From Myxococcales bacterium (GTDB lineage: Bacteria > Myxococcota_A > UBA9042 > JABWCM01 > BTVJ01), in contig BTVJ01000017.1 of assembly GCA_045863395.1 (NCBI GenBank), positions 32,001-96,000 on the forward strand: a stretch of 64,000 nucleotides of DNA. Direction: 5' to 3'. Under the pieces are notes generated by a model. The model saw nothing but the letters and a program-made list of their open reading frames with translations, was not told the origin of the DNA and did not search any database. Shown piece by piece: positions 29,921 to 38,908 of this stretch. Position 1 is the first letter of the stretch, and every line of letters starts with the position of its first letter. The position numbers were made by a program, and so were the translations under genes.

Positions 29921-30457
29921 TCACACGCCCATGACTCCCCTCTCCCGCAGCTCCTCCAGACACACGGGACAATACGCCGCGCCCTTCAGATCGATCTCCT
30001 CCACGTAGGTGGAGCTGCGCATGACGCAGCGATACTCCTGGCAGTGGATGAGCCCAAAGGTGTGGCCCAGCTCGTGGACTGCCTCCTTCTCGAGGCGGTC
30101 CAGGTGGAGGCGCTCATCGGGCGGCAGGCCGTAGAAGCGCGGGTCGAGGCGCGCCGACGACACGACCGCCGCGCGCCCGTCGAGCTGGGCCTCCCCGAAC
30201 ACGAAGGTCAGCACCGGAACGAACAGGTCCACGCCCGTCACGCCGATGATGCGGCTGCTGCCCGTCGGCTCGGCCAGCAGGAGGGCGAGGAGCCGCGTCG
30301 AGCTGTACTGCGCGCGCCGGGGCTCAAAGGTGGACTCGGGGTCGAACGTCGGCGCGCGGATGCGCGTGTCCATGCCCAGCGCGACTCCGACCCGCGCGGC
30401 GAGCGCCTCCATGTGTGGCCGCATGGACCCAGGGAGTATGGGCACGAGGTCCAGCAC
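29921..30457 (-). CDS. Archaemetzincin family (M54) Zn metalloprotease (178 aa)
   Basis: HELGHTFGLIHC-x4-CVM-x17-CPVC; LTFVFGEAQL; GAGGGAG RBS and GTG start. Confidence 0.9.
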   Translation of the reverse strand: MLDLVPILPGSMRPHMEALAARVGVALGMDTRIRAPTFDPESTFEPRRAQYSSTRLLALLLAEPTGSSRIIGVTGVDLFVPVLTFVFGEAQLDGRAAVVSSARLDPRFYGLPPDERLHLDRLEKEAVHELGHTFGLIHCQEYRCVMRSSTYVEEIDLKGAAYCPVCLEELRERGVMGV

Positions 30458-30467
30458 GGTGGCTCCC

Positions 30468-31820
30468 TCAGGCGCCCTCGCGCCGCAGGTCGTACCTCTT
30501 GATCTTGGCGTAGAGGGTCGTCCGGTCGATGTCCAGCAGCTCCGCCGCCTTGCTGATGTTCCAGCCCTCCCGGTCGAGCACCGCCTTGATGTGCGCCTGC
30601 TCCATGGACGCCAGGGAGTCTCCCGCCGGCGGGCGCACCGCCGCCGCCTGGACGAAAGGCAGGTCGTCGGCACGAATCAGCGGGGGGCGCCCGACGACCA
30701 TCGCGCGCTCTACGGCATTCGCAAGCTCGCGCACGTTCCCGGGCCAGTCGTGGGCCATCAGCCGCTCGACGGCGGCCGGCTCGAAGTCGGTGATGTGCTT
30801 GTCCATCTGCAACGAGAGCTTCCGCAGGAAGTGCCGCGCCAGCAGGGGAATGTCGCTCCGACGTGATCGCAGCGGGGGCACGGTCAAGGTGAACACGTTG
30901 ATCCGGTAGTAGAGGTCCTGCCGGAACCGCCCCTGGGCGACCAGCTCCTCCAGGTTCTCGTTGGTGGCGCACACCACCCGAAAGTCCACGTGGATCTGCT
31001 GGCTGCCGCCCACCCGTGTCACCTCGTGGGTCTCCAGCACGCGGAGCAGGTCCACCTGGGTCTTGGGGCTGATGGTGCCGATCTCGTCCAGGAACAGGGT
31101 GCCCCCGTCGGCCAGCTCGATCTTCCCCTTTCTCCGATACTGGGCGCCCGTGAAGGCGCCCTTCTCGTGACCGAACAGCTCGCTCTCGAGCAGTGTCTCA
31201 GGCAACGCACCACAGTTGACGGGCACCATTGGCAGATAGCGCCGCCGGCTGTTGGCGTGAATCGCCAGAGCCACGAGCTCCTTCCCCGTGCCGCTCTCTC
31301 CACGAATCAACACCGTGGCGTCCGTCTCCGCCACCTGCTGGATCAGCCCCAGCAGCCGATTCATCTCGGGGCTCTCTCCGACGATGGTGCTCGCGCTGCG
31401 CAGCTCGTCGATGGTCTCCCGGAGCTGCGCGTTCTCGGACTCCAGCCGCTTCTGCTCCAGGGCGCGGCGCACCAGGTGGCTGAGCTCGTCCGGGTCGACG
31501 GGCTTGGTCACATAGTCGAAGGCCCCCTGTTTGAGCGCCCGGACGGCCGTGTCCACCGACGCGAAGGCCGTGATCATGATCACGACGGTGCCAGGAGCCG
31601 ACTTGTGGATGTGCTCCTGCAGCTCGATGCCGTCCATGCCGGGCATCTTGATGTCGAGGAGCGCCACGTCCCAGGCAGACTCCTGAATGGCGTGCAGCGC
31701 GTCGGTGGCGTTGGCGGCCGTGCGGACGCGGTAGCCGTCCTTGCGGAACCAGCTCGACAGCGAGTCCCGCACGGACAGCTCGTCGTCCACGATCAGCACA
31801 CTCCCCAGCTCCTTGCGCAT
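30468..31820 (-). CDS. Sigma54-dependent (NtrC-family) response regulator
   Basis: REC (LIVDDE, DIKMPGMDG, KP), GESGTGKE, GAFTGA, RQDLYYRIN, Fis-type HTH. Confidence 0.95.
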   Translation of the reverse strand: MRKELGSVLIVDDELSVRDSLSSWFRKDGYRVRTAANATDALHAIQESAWDVALLDIKMPGMDGIELQEHIHKSAPGTVVIMITAFASVDTAVRALKQGAFDYVTKPVDPDELSHLVRRALEQKRLESENAQLRETIDELRSASTIVGESPEMNRLLGLIQQVAETDATVLIRGESGTGKELVALAIHANSRRRYLPMVPVNCGALPETLLESELFGHEKGAFTGAQYRRKGKIELADGGTLFLDEIGTISPKTQVDLLRVLETHEVTRVGGSQQIHVDFRVVCATNENLEELVAQGRFRQDLYYRINVFTLTVPPLRSRRSDIPLLARHFLRKLSLQMDKHITDFEPAAVERLMAHDWPGNVRELANAVERAMVVGRPPLIRADDLPFVQAAAVRPPAGDSLASMEQAHIKAVLDREGWNISKAAELLDIDRTTLYAKIKRYDLRREGA

Positions 31821-31829
31821 GGTGCCTCC

Positions 31830-33443
31830 TCATGCCCCCGCGGGCGCCGGCGGCTGCCGCGGCAGCCTCACCTTGAACGTGGTGCCCACTCCCACACGGG
31901 TCTCCACGTCGATGGACCCTCCGTGCCGGTGAACGATGCCGTAGACCACGGCGAGCCCCAGGCCGACGCCGCTCTCCTGGTTCTTCGTCGAGAAGAACGG
32001 CTCGAAGATGTGGGGGAGCACCTCCTCGGGGATGCCGCCGCCCGTGTCCTCGACCTCCAGCCGGAGCCCCTCGTCGTCGCCAATCAATCTCACGAAAAGC
32101 CGCCCATCGGAGGACCCGTTCATGGATTCGAGGGAGTTCATGAGCAGCGCGAGCAGCGTCTGCTGCACCTGATCGGCGTCCGCGACGATCACGTCGTCGC
32201 CCTCGGCTTCGAGGGACAGGGAGACACCCGCCATCTCCGCCTTGTGCCGCACCAGCATCACCGCCCGCTCCGCGACCTCCTTCACGGGGACGGGCGCGAG
32301 CTTCGCCCCCGACTGGCGTGCAAAGACCAGCAGGTTGCGCACGATGTCGCCGCAGCGCATCGTCTCCTTCTGGATGGCGCCCACGTACCGCAGGACCTCC
32401 TCCAGCTCCTCGGGGGGCACGCCTTCTCTCAGGCTGCGCTCCACCAGCTTGGCGTAGGTCAGGACCCCGGCGAGAGGGTTGTTGATCTCGTGGGCGACCG
32501 TCGCCGACAGCTTGCCGAGGGAGGCCATCTTCTCCATGTGCACGATCTGCCGCTGGACCCGCCCGAGCTCGTCCGTCTTGGCGGCCACCTCGTCCTCCAG
32601 CTTGCGGGACCAGCCCGTCAGCTCCGCCCGTGCTGCCCGGAGGTCCGTCATCATCTGGTTGAAGGCCCGCGCCAGGGCGCCCAGCTCCCCCGGCGTGGAG
32701 ATCTCGATGGGCGTGACCAGGTCCCCCTGCGCGACGCGGCGCGTGCCGTCCCACAGCGCCAGCACTGGGCGCCGCACCATGCGGATCACGAGGAGCACCG
32801 AGATCCCCCCGACGAAAAGCAGCATGACCGCGACGAGCCACACCCACTGGAGCCGCGTCGCCGCCACGGCCTCGTCGACGGCCGCCATGGACATGCGAAC
32901 GTCCAGCACGCCGAGGACGCTCTGGTCGGCTGGGTGGGCGTGGCAGGCGGCGCTTGCGCACTGGGCGCTGTTGGAGATGGGATCGATGACCCCGAGGAGC
33001 CGCTCGCCGCTCGGCGCCCGGTACACCCGCATGCGGTCGGACAGCGGCGGGCTGCGCAGTGGCTCCCGCTGGTCGTGGCAGATCACGCAGGCCTCGGCCT
33101 TCAGGTCCACCTGGGCCCCGATCTCCGCGTCGTCGGCCGAGAAGACGATCACCCCCTGCTTGTCGTAGATGCGGATGCCCGCCACCCCCGGGGTCTCCGC
33201 CACGAAGCGGATGATCTGGTGCACGTCCTCCTTGCGGTTGAGCATCATCCCGTAGGTGGTCGCTCGCTTGACCAACTCCCCGGTGCGGGTGGCGAGCTGG
33301 TTGATGGTCTCGGTCCAGCGCTCCGACGTGGTGAAGTGGGAGATGGCGCCGAAGGCGACGAACACGACGCCCATGGCGGTGAGCAGGAACGCCAGCAGGC
33401 GCACGCTCAAGCTGGACAGCAGACCTCGGACGCCACGTCGCAT
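31830..33443 (-). CDS. Sensor histidine kinase with periplasmic c-type heme motifs and HAMP domain
   Basis: Two TM helices flank CVICH (33075-33089) and CASAACH (32940-32960); AHEINNPL H-box, DTGGGI, PFFSTK, GVGLGL. Confidence 0.92.
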   Translation of the reverse strand: MRRGVRGLLSSLSVRLLAFLLTAMGVVFVAFGAISHFTTSERWTETINQLATRTGELVKRATTYGMMLNRKEDVHQIIRFVAETPGVAGIRIYDKQGVIVFSADDAEIGAQVDLKAEACVICHDQREPLRSPPLSDRMRVYRAPSGERLLGVIDPISNSAQCASAACHAHPADQSVLGVLDVRMSMAAVDEAVAATRLQWVWLVAVMLLFVGGISVLLVIRMVRRPVLALWDGTRRVAQGDLVTPIEISTPGELGALARAFNQMMTDLRAARAELTGWSRKLEDEVAAKTDELGRVQRQIVHMEKMASLGKLSATVAHEINNPLAGVLTYAKLVERSLREGVPPEELEEVLRYVGAIQKETMRCGDIVRNLLVFARQSGAKLAPVPVKEVAERAVMLVRHKAEMAGVSLSLEAEGDDVIVADADQVQQTLLALLMNSLESMNGSSDGRLFVRLIGDDEGLRLEVEDTGGGIPEEVLPHIFEPFFSTKNQESGVGLGLAVVYGIVHRHGGSIDVETRVGVGTTFKVRLPRQPPAPAGA

Positions 33444-33481
33444 GGGCCTCCTCGCCCCCTCTGGGGAGAGGAGGCGAGGCC

Positions 33482-33511
33482 ATTATAGACCCGCAGGTCT
33501 GGATGTGGCAG
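33482..33511 (-). promoter_or_regulatory. Possible sigma70 promoter (perfect TATAAT -10, weak -35) for the kinase-regulator-protease operon
   Basis: ATTATA on + at 33482-33487 in a very GC-rich context, 40 nt upstream of the ATG. Confidence 0.4.
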
Positions 33512-33616
33512 GGGATCGCCGCGGCATCGGCGGCGTCGGCTACAACGGCCACCAGGGCACGCCGCCGGTGCCGGGGTCTCGCGCGACCGCTGGAGATGAG
33601 GCTCAGGGCGCTACGG

Positions 33617-33841
33617 TCACCGGCACACGGAGGCGCACTGCGCGTTGCAGTCCTTGGCGCCCTCCTTGGCCGCGCACTTGCGCTTGCACTTCGCACAGCC
33701 CTCGCTCGTGGGCCCCGTCAGAGGCTTCACGGCCTTGCCCATGGACTGGGAGTACTTGCCGCCGCCGCCGCCGGCCGACTGGCAAGCCGGGGCCGCGAGG
33801 GCAAGGAGCAGGACCGAAAGGAGCATCGCGCCACGTCTCAT
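33617..33841 (-). CDS. Small basic Cys-rich lipoprotein (74 aa)
   Basis: Hydrophobic signal LLSVLLLALAAPA-C; C-terminal CxxCxxxC-x8-CxxxCxxxC. Confidence 0.7.
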   Translation of the reverse strand: MRRGAMLLSVLLLALAAPACQSAGGGGGKYSQSMGKAVKPLTGPTSEGCAKCKRKCAAKEGAKDCNAQCASVCR

Positions 33842-34134
33842 GGGGATCGACCCTCTGCCAGGTGCGGTCGCGGTCGCCTCGCGTCACAGGAGCGTGACCC
33901 GCCACGGCGCGACGTGAGGCCGTGCATCCTAGCACATCTCCATTGGTGCAGTCGCCCCCACGCGTGGGGTGTGGCGGGCGAGGGCCGCGACGGAGTCTCG
34001 CTGAAGGACACCGTTGCTGCCCTTGGCAGGTGCGACCGAGCCGAGGCTCAGGTATCATCCGCCGCGACGTGACGCAGACGCGCCACGAATCAGACCTCCG
34101 GGGAGGCTCCCCCGGCAGCCCGGGAGGCCCTCCG

Positions 34135-35127
34135 ATGGCAACCGCCGACATGCTGATGAGGGGCCTGGCCCCGCGCCTGGCCGCCGCCAACCTGGCGCCC
34201 CCCTCTGCGGTCCTGCTGCGCGGGGTCCGACAGCGCGCGGCGGACGAGGCGTGGGAGCAGCACCGCCGTGAGGCGGCCGCTGCGGCCACCGCGATCACGC
34301 GGCGAGAGGAGGGCGCGCGGGAGCGCCTCGCGGCCGTGGCCGAGGCAGCGCTCCACGATCTGCGAGCGCGGGCGGCTCTGCTCGCACGAGGCGCCGGCGG
34401 CGCGTTGGCCCTCGCGGTGCGCCTCGACCAGGAGTTCATGGACCCGGACGCCCGCGAGCACATGGACGACCCGGCCTTCGACGAGGGGAAACGAAGAGGG
34501 GCGGTGGCCAGCCTGGACCGGATGAACGAGGGCGCCGGGATCTACGAGCTGTTCGCCGACGTCCTCGACCCGTGGCTCCCGCAGGGTGGCGCGCTGCTCG
34601 ATCTGGCCGCCGGCCATGGCGGATTCGCCGTGTGGCTCGCCCGCCGCGCCCGCGCCCAGGGCCGCCCCCTTCGCATCACCGCGACGGACCTCCACGACAG
34701 CTACCTCGCCCTCGGCCGCGAGCGCGCCCGCGCCGAGGGCCTCGAGGTGGAGCTTCGGCCGCAGGACGCCCTCGACCTGTCCAACCTCACGCCCGGCGCC
34801 TTCGACGTGGTGCTGTGTACCCAGGCGGTGCATCACTTCCCGGCGGGGCTCATCTCGGTGATGGTCGAGGAGGCCACGCGCATCGCAGGCCGGGCCGTCG
34901 TCCTCGTGGACGGCTGCCGGAGCGCCCTCTTTGCAGGCGTCCTGGTGACCCTCGGGCTCGTGGGCTTCCGCGACCCGACCTTCACCCACGACTCCTTCGC
35001 CTCCTTCCGCCGCTTCTTCGTGCCGGAGGAGCTGGGGCTCCTCGCCCGGCTCGGCGCTGGCGCCCGCCCCGTCGAGGCCAAGTTCAGGGCCCCCAACCAC
35101 TGCGTGGTCACGATCCCGACCCGCTGA
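34135..35127 (+). CDS. Class I SAM-dependent methyltransferase with N-terminal extension
   Basis: GGAGG RBS; EHMDDP, LLDLAAGHGG, ITATD, QDALDL, FDVVLCTQAVHHF. Confidence 0.85.
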   Translation: MATADMLMRGLAPRLAAANLAPPSAVLLRGVRQRAADEAWEQHRREAAAAATAITRREEGARERLAAVAEAALHDLRARAALLARGAGGALALAVRLDQEFMDPDAREHMDDPAFDEGKRRGAVASLDRMNEGAGIYELFADVLDPWLPQGGALLDLAAGHGGFAVWLARRARAQGRPLRITATDLHDSYLALGRERARAEGLEVELRPQDALDLSNLTPGAFDVVLCTQAVHHFPAGLISVMVEEATRIAGRAVVLVDGCRSALFAGVLVTLGLVGFRDPTFTHDSFASFRRFFVPEELGLLARLGAGARPVEAKFRAPNHCVVTIPTR

Positions 35128-35239
35128 CGCCGCCCGACCATCGCTGCGAGCCGCCGCGCCGCCTGCTCCCGATGGAGCGGCCAGGGCGCCGGATCCGCGG
35201 GTCCAGACCGCGCATCCGCGCGTCGCCCCCGCAGTGGGG

Positions 35240-35728
35240 CTACTCGCAGCGAGACTCGCCCGGGCGCGGCGGGCTGCTCCAGTCCACGGGACCGACGGTG
35301 AATCGGTGCTCGAGCCAGCACAAGACGAAGTCCCAGGCCCTGTCGAAGTAGGCGAAGACGGGGTCCGGGTCCGCGAGGCGCTCCCAGCCGAGGTGGCGCA
35401 CGCGCACCCGCGTCCCCGCCCCCTCGGCGGCGAGCTGCACGACGACGAAGGTGCGCGGACCCGACCGGGCGTCGGGGAACACCGGCGGCGCGTTCCACTC
35501 GAAGGACACCATCTCTCCCGGCACGAAGGACAGCACCCGCATCCCCTCCGACCCCTGGCTGCCGGGCGGCTCGGACAGATCGAAGAAGATCTCGTAGGGG
35601 CCCCCGAGCTCCAGGGCAATGCGCGCGTCCTCTCCGAAGAAGGTCCGCGCCCCCTCGCTCGTGGTCCACGCGTCCCAGACATCGGCGACGGGAGCGCCGA
35701 CGACCGTCTGCTTGTCGATGCACCGCAT
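35240..35728 (-). CDS. SRPBCC/AHSA1-like domain protein
   Basis: APVADVWDAWTT, GGPYEI, GTRVRVRHLGW, AWDFVL..L motifs. Confidence 0.85.
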   Translation of the reverse strand: MRCIDKQTVVGAPVADVWDAWTTSEGARTFFGEDARIALELGGPYEIFFDLSEPPGSQGSEGMRVLSFVPGEMVSFEWNAPPVFPDARSGPRTFVVVQLAAEGAGTRVRVRHLGWERLADPDPVFAYFDRAWDFVLCWLEHRFTVGPVDWSSPPRPGESRCE

Positions 35729-36077
35729 GAGGCTCCGTCTCCTAGCGAGATTGGCAACCGCACCTGCGACCGCCACGCCAGCTCGGCGCAGTGAGACAGG
35801 CTCGGCGGCATCCTACGACGCTTGCCCCCGATGCGTCCAACGGGGCCGCCAGAGCAGCGAGTGGCGGCCACCGTTGCCGGACCAGGAGAGGATGACGCCG
35901 CCTGCTGCGCTGCGCGCCAACGGGCGGTGCTTGTCGCGCGATGAGCGGTAGGAGCTCGCTCACCCCCCGCCTCCAGGCTGGCCTGCCCGTCGCCGTCGGG
36001 CCGGGCAGGGGCCCGTGGGCGCGACTCGACGCCGAGCGTGCGGTGGATCGGAGAGCGGCCTCAGCGCTCACACGAGC

Positions 36078-36503
36078 TCACACGTCGGGGACCGTCGCTA
36101 CGACCTGATAGGCAAAGCGCGCCGTGTGCGACGCGAGGTACAGCGTCTCGAGCGCGGACTCCACGGCGAGGGTGATCCCGCCGCCGGCGTCGGGGACGAA
36201 GAGCGCACGCGCGCTCACGACGCGCACGCGGATGTCGGACTGGACAATCGGCGAGACGCCCGACGGATGCACCGTCACCGACGCGCGCAGCGTCGACGGG
36301 TCGAGCGTAGACGGGAGCGAGGGAGCGGTCGGCACCAGGAATCGAAGGGTGCCTGCGACGCGCGCCGGGCTGCCGGTCGTGTCGGTGGTCACGTCGAAGT
36401 GACCCGCGAGGATGACCATGCGGGTCGCGGATCCGTCGGCGCCGCGTCCGCGAACTTCGACCAGGGGCTGCGCCTCCGCGCCACGAGAGATGAGCTGAGC
36501 CAT
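36078..36503 (-). CDS. Hypothetical protein (141 aa, beta-rich)
   Basis: ATG-started ORF downstream of and co-oriented with the redox operon, with plausible composition. Confidence 0.55.
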   Translation of the reverse strand: MAQLISRGAEAQPLVEVRGRGADGSATRMVILAGHFDVTTDTTGSPARVAGTLRFLVPTAPSLPSTLDPSTLRASVTVHPSGVSPIVQSDIRVRVVSARALFVPDAGGGITLAVESALETLYLASHTARFAYQVVATVPDV

Positions 36504-36588
36504 TCGCCAAGGCTACCTGCGAGCGCGCACCCGCGTCAACGGGCACGCCGCGCGATCCCGAGGGCCGTGGTCCCTTCTCGTGAGCCCC

Positions 36589-37314
36589 CTACCCCCGCGC
36601 CGGCCGCAGCAGGAGCTCGCGGACCAGGTCGAGGTGGCGGCGGCCGCCGACGAGGCTCGCCAGGTCGCGGAGGTTCGCCAGCGGCTCGCCCCCGTCGGCC
36701 ATGGTGGGGCCCACCTCGGTGGCCATGAGGAGCTCCATGGCCACGCGCCGCTGGAAGTGGTGGGCGTCGATGCGGGCCTGGTGCTCCGCCTCGCGGGCGC
36801 TCATCGTCTTGGCCTTCCCCGCCGGCGCCAGGTCGAGGAGCCAGCCGTCTCCGTAAGGGTCACGCACCAGCAGGCCCGGATCGCCGAGGAGCGCCGCGTT
36901 GCCGTTCGTCACGCGCCCCGCGGTAGGAGATGCCAGCTCGACGACCCCCTCCGGCGTGTCCACGGTCACGCACAGGGCGCCGTCCGCCACGGGGGCGCCC
37001 GGCCTCGGGAGAGAGACCGCCGCCGGCTCCGCGAGCAGGTCGGCCAGCATGGAGTCGATGCCCACCCGCAGGCCACCGTCGGCCCACGGCTTCAGCCAGA
37101 AGTGCCCCGCCGCGTAGTCCCGGTCGGCGGGGAAGCGCATCCCGCTGCGCCCCCTCGACGCCGGCGCCGCCCTCCCCCGCAGCGCTGCGTCCAGCGGGCA
37201 GTTGTCGCAGTCCAGGGCACGATCACAGGGCCGCCACGCGAGCACACCGGCGCCCACCCACACGCACGGTGTGTCCTGAGGAAGCCACCCTCGATCCGTC
37301 GCTTTGGAGCTCAT
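36589..37314 (-). CDS. GcvH-like protein A: N-terminal Cx12Cx5Cx2C motif, lipoyl Lys replaced by Glu, C-terminal GPTMADGG
   Basis: H.W....GGLRVGID, ELASPTAGRV...N, LLVRDPYGDGWL (H-protein fold); GGAGG RBS. Confidence 0.85.
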   Translation of the reverse strand: MSSKATDRGWLPQDTPCVWVGAGVLAWRPCDRALDCDNCPLDAALRGRAAPASRGRSGMRFPADRDYAAGHFWLKPWADGGLRVGIDSMLADLLAEPAAVSLPRPGAPVADGALCVTVDTPEGVVELASPTAGRVTNGNAALLGDPGLLVRDPYGDGWLLDLAPAGKAKTMSAREAEHQARIDAHHFQRRVAMELLMATEVGPTMADGGEPLANLRDLASLVGGRRHLDLVRELLLRPARG

Positions 37315-37333
37315 GGCGCCCTCCGCGGCCGCC

Positions 37334-38908
37334 TCAGTTGTGGCAGCTCGAGCAGTCATCGTCGGTCATCCCGAAGGCCTTGGTCCCCTCGTGGCAGCTC
37401 CCGCACAGCTCGCCCCGGTTCATGCGCTCGTGGGTGATCGTCCCAGACAGCGGCGCGCCGGGCTTCGTCAGACTCCAGTCTGTCTTGTGGCAGGCGCCGC
37501 ACTGGGCCCCCTCCACCGTCCCCATGTGGCTCTCGTGGCTGAAGGTGACCGCCCCGGGGCTGTCGCCAGTCACCGGGAAGGTGTAGTCGGCGGGCACCCG
37601 CAGGTCCCCAGCCTCCGACGGCGTCCCCACGACCCCGTCGCCCAGTCCGCGCGCCTCCGGCGAGCCGGCCATCGTGACCAGCACCACGCCGATGGCGAGC
37701 AGGCCCCACAGCCCGGCGATGCCCCAGCCGTTGGCGGTGGGCATGCCGCGGACGCCCAGGGCCGGCAGCATGGCGGGCGGGCGGGCGTGCTTCATCTCGC
37801 TCTGCGGGAAGACGTGCAGGTACTTGACCGCTGCCGCGAAGGCCGTGAAGCCGACCGCGCACAGGGCCAGCGTGACGCCGATCTCATAGATGCTCGGCAG
37901 ATACGCGACCCCGCTCGATCCGACCATCCCGGTGATCGACACGTTGAGCCGGTTGACGATGAAGCCCATGACCGTCAGCACCGCCGCGAAGAACATGGCG
38001 TGGCGGTTGCGACGCACCCGCGGCATGGCGAAGAGCACCATCGGGAGCACCATGCCGAGCCCGATCTCACCCCAGAAGAGCACCGCCTCCGGCGTGAACT
38101 GGAACACGAGCGGCAGGTTGCCCCGGCCCCACAGGTCCTGGAGCTTCCACATGCCGAGCACCGCGAGCACCACCACGATGACGCGGCTCATGCCGGCGAG
38201 CAGGTCGTCCTCGAGCCGGTGCCCGAAGGCGCGGTGGCTCAGGTAGGACTCGACGATGGTCATGGCCAGGCCGGCGGCCACGGCGGAGATGAAGAAGAAC
38301 ACCGGCAGCCACGGGGTGTACCAGAGGCCGTGGAGCTTGTCCGGCACGATGACGTAGAGCGTGCCCAGCGACGACTGGTGCATCATGGACAGGAGCACGC
38401 CCAGGATGACCAGCGGGATGTAGATGGTCTGCATGGCCTTGAGCGGCCTCTTCCAGCCGAGGCGCTCCAGCACGACGGGGCTGAACTCCAGGGCCAGCAC
38501 CGTGGTGTAGAGCATGACGCACCAGGCGACCTCGAACATGACGCTGTGGGGGTTCCACATGACGAGCGGGTGCCAGATGTCCCACGGCTGGCCGAGGTCG
38601 AAGAGCAGACCCACACACACCAGCACGTAGCCGAGGAAGGCCGTAAGCACCGCCGGGCGAGCGATGGGCTCGTACTTCTCGATGTGGAAGAGGTGGACCG
38701 CCGCGGCCACCGTGAAGCCACCGGCGGCGAGGCCGACGCCGACGAGCACGTCGAAGCCGATCCAGAGCCCCCAGGGGAAGGCGTCGCTGAGATTGGTCGA
38801 GGCGCCGAGGCCGAAGCCGTAGCGCAGCACCGCCGAGACCGCCCCGAAGAGCAGAATCAGGGCGAGCAGGCTTTGCCAGATCGTGAGCTTACCGCGTGGA
38901 GTCGTCAT
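37334..38908 (-). CDS. NrfD/HybB-type membrane subunit fused to a C-terminal triheme c7-type cytochrome (524 aa)
   Basis: GLGASTNLSDAFPWGLWIGFDV, DLGQPW, SVMFEVAWCVMLY, MHQSSLGTL, NRLNV; then VTFSHESH...CGACH...CGSCH...CSSCH. Confidence 0.9.
   Translation of the reverse strand: MTTPRGKLTIWQSLLALILLFGAVSAVLRYGFGLGASTNLSDAFPWGLWIGFDVLVGVGLAAGGFTVAAAVHLFHIEKYEPIARPAVLTAFLGYVLVCVGLLFDLGQPWDIWHPLVMWNPHSVMFEVAWCVMLYTTVLALEFSPVVLERLGWKRPLKAMQTIYIPLVILGVLLSMMHQSSLGTLYVIVPDKLHGLWYTPWLPVFFFISAVAAGLAMTIVESYLSHRAFGHRLEDDLLAGMSRVIVVVLAVLGMWKLQDLWGRGNLPLVFQFTPEAVLFWGEIGLGMVLPMVLFAMPRVRRNRHAMFFAAVLTVMGFIVNRLNVSITGMVGSSGVAYLPSIYEIGVTLALCAVGFTAFAAAVKYLHVFPQSEMKHARPPAMLPALGVRGMPTANGWGIAGLWGLLAIGVVLVTMAGSPEARGLGDGVVGTPSEAGDLRVPADYTFPVTGDSPGAVTFSHESHMGTVEGAQCGACHKTDWSLTKPGAPLSGTITHERMNRGELCGSCHEGTKAFGMTDDDCSSCHN

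Noticed and set aside
33660..33700. CAKCK in the small lipoprotein as a heme-binding motif
   Set aside because: It has no His ligand and is part of a regular six-Cys pattern better explained by disulfides.
35729..36077. 350-bp spacer with short ORFs
   Set aside because: There is no convincing RBS, coding signature, repeat or RNA motif.
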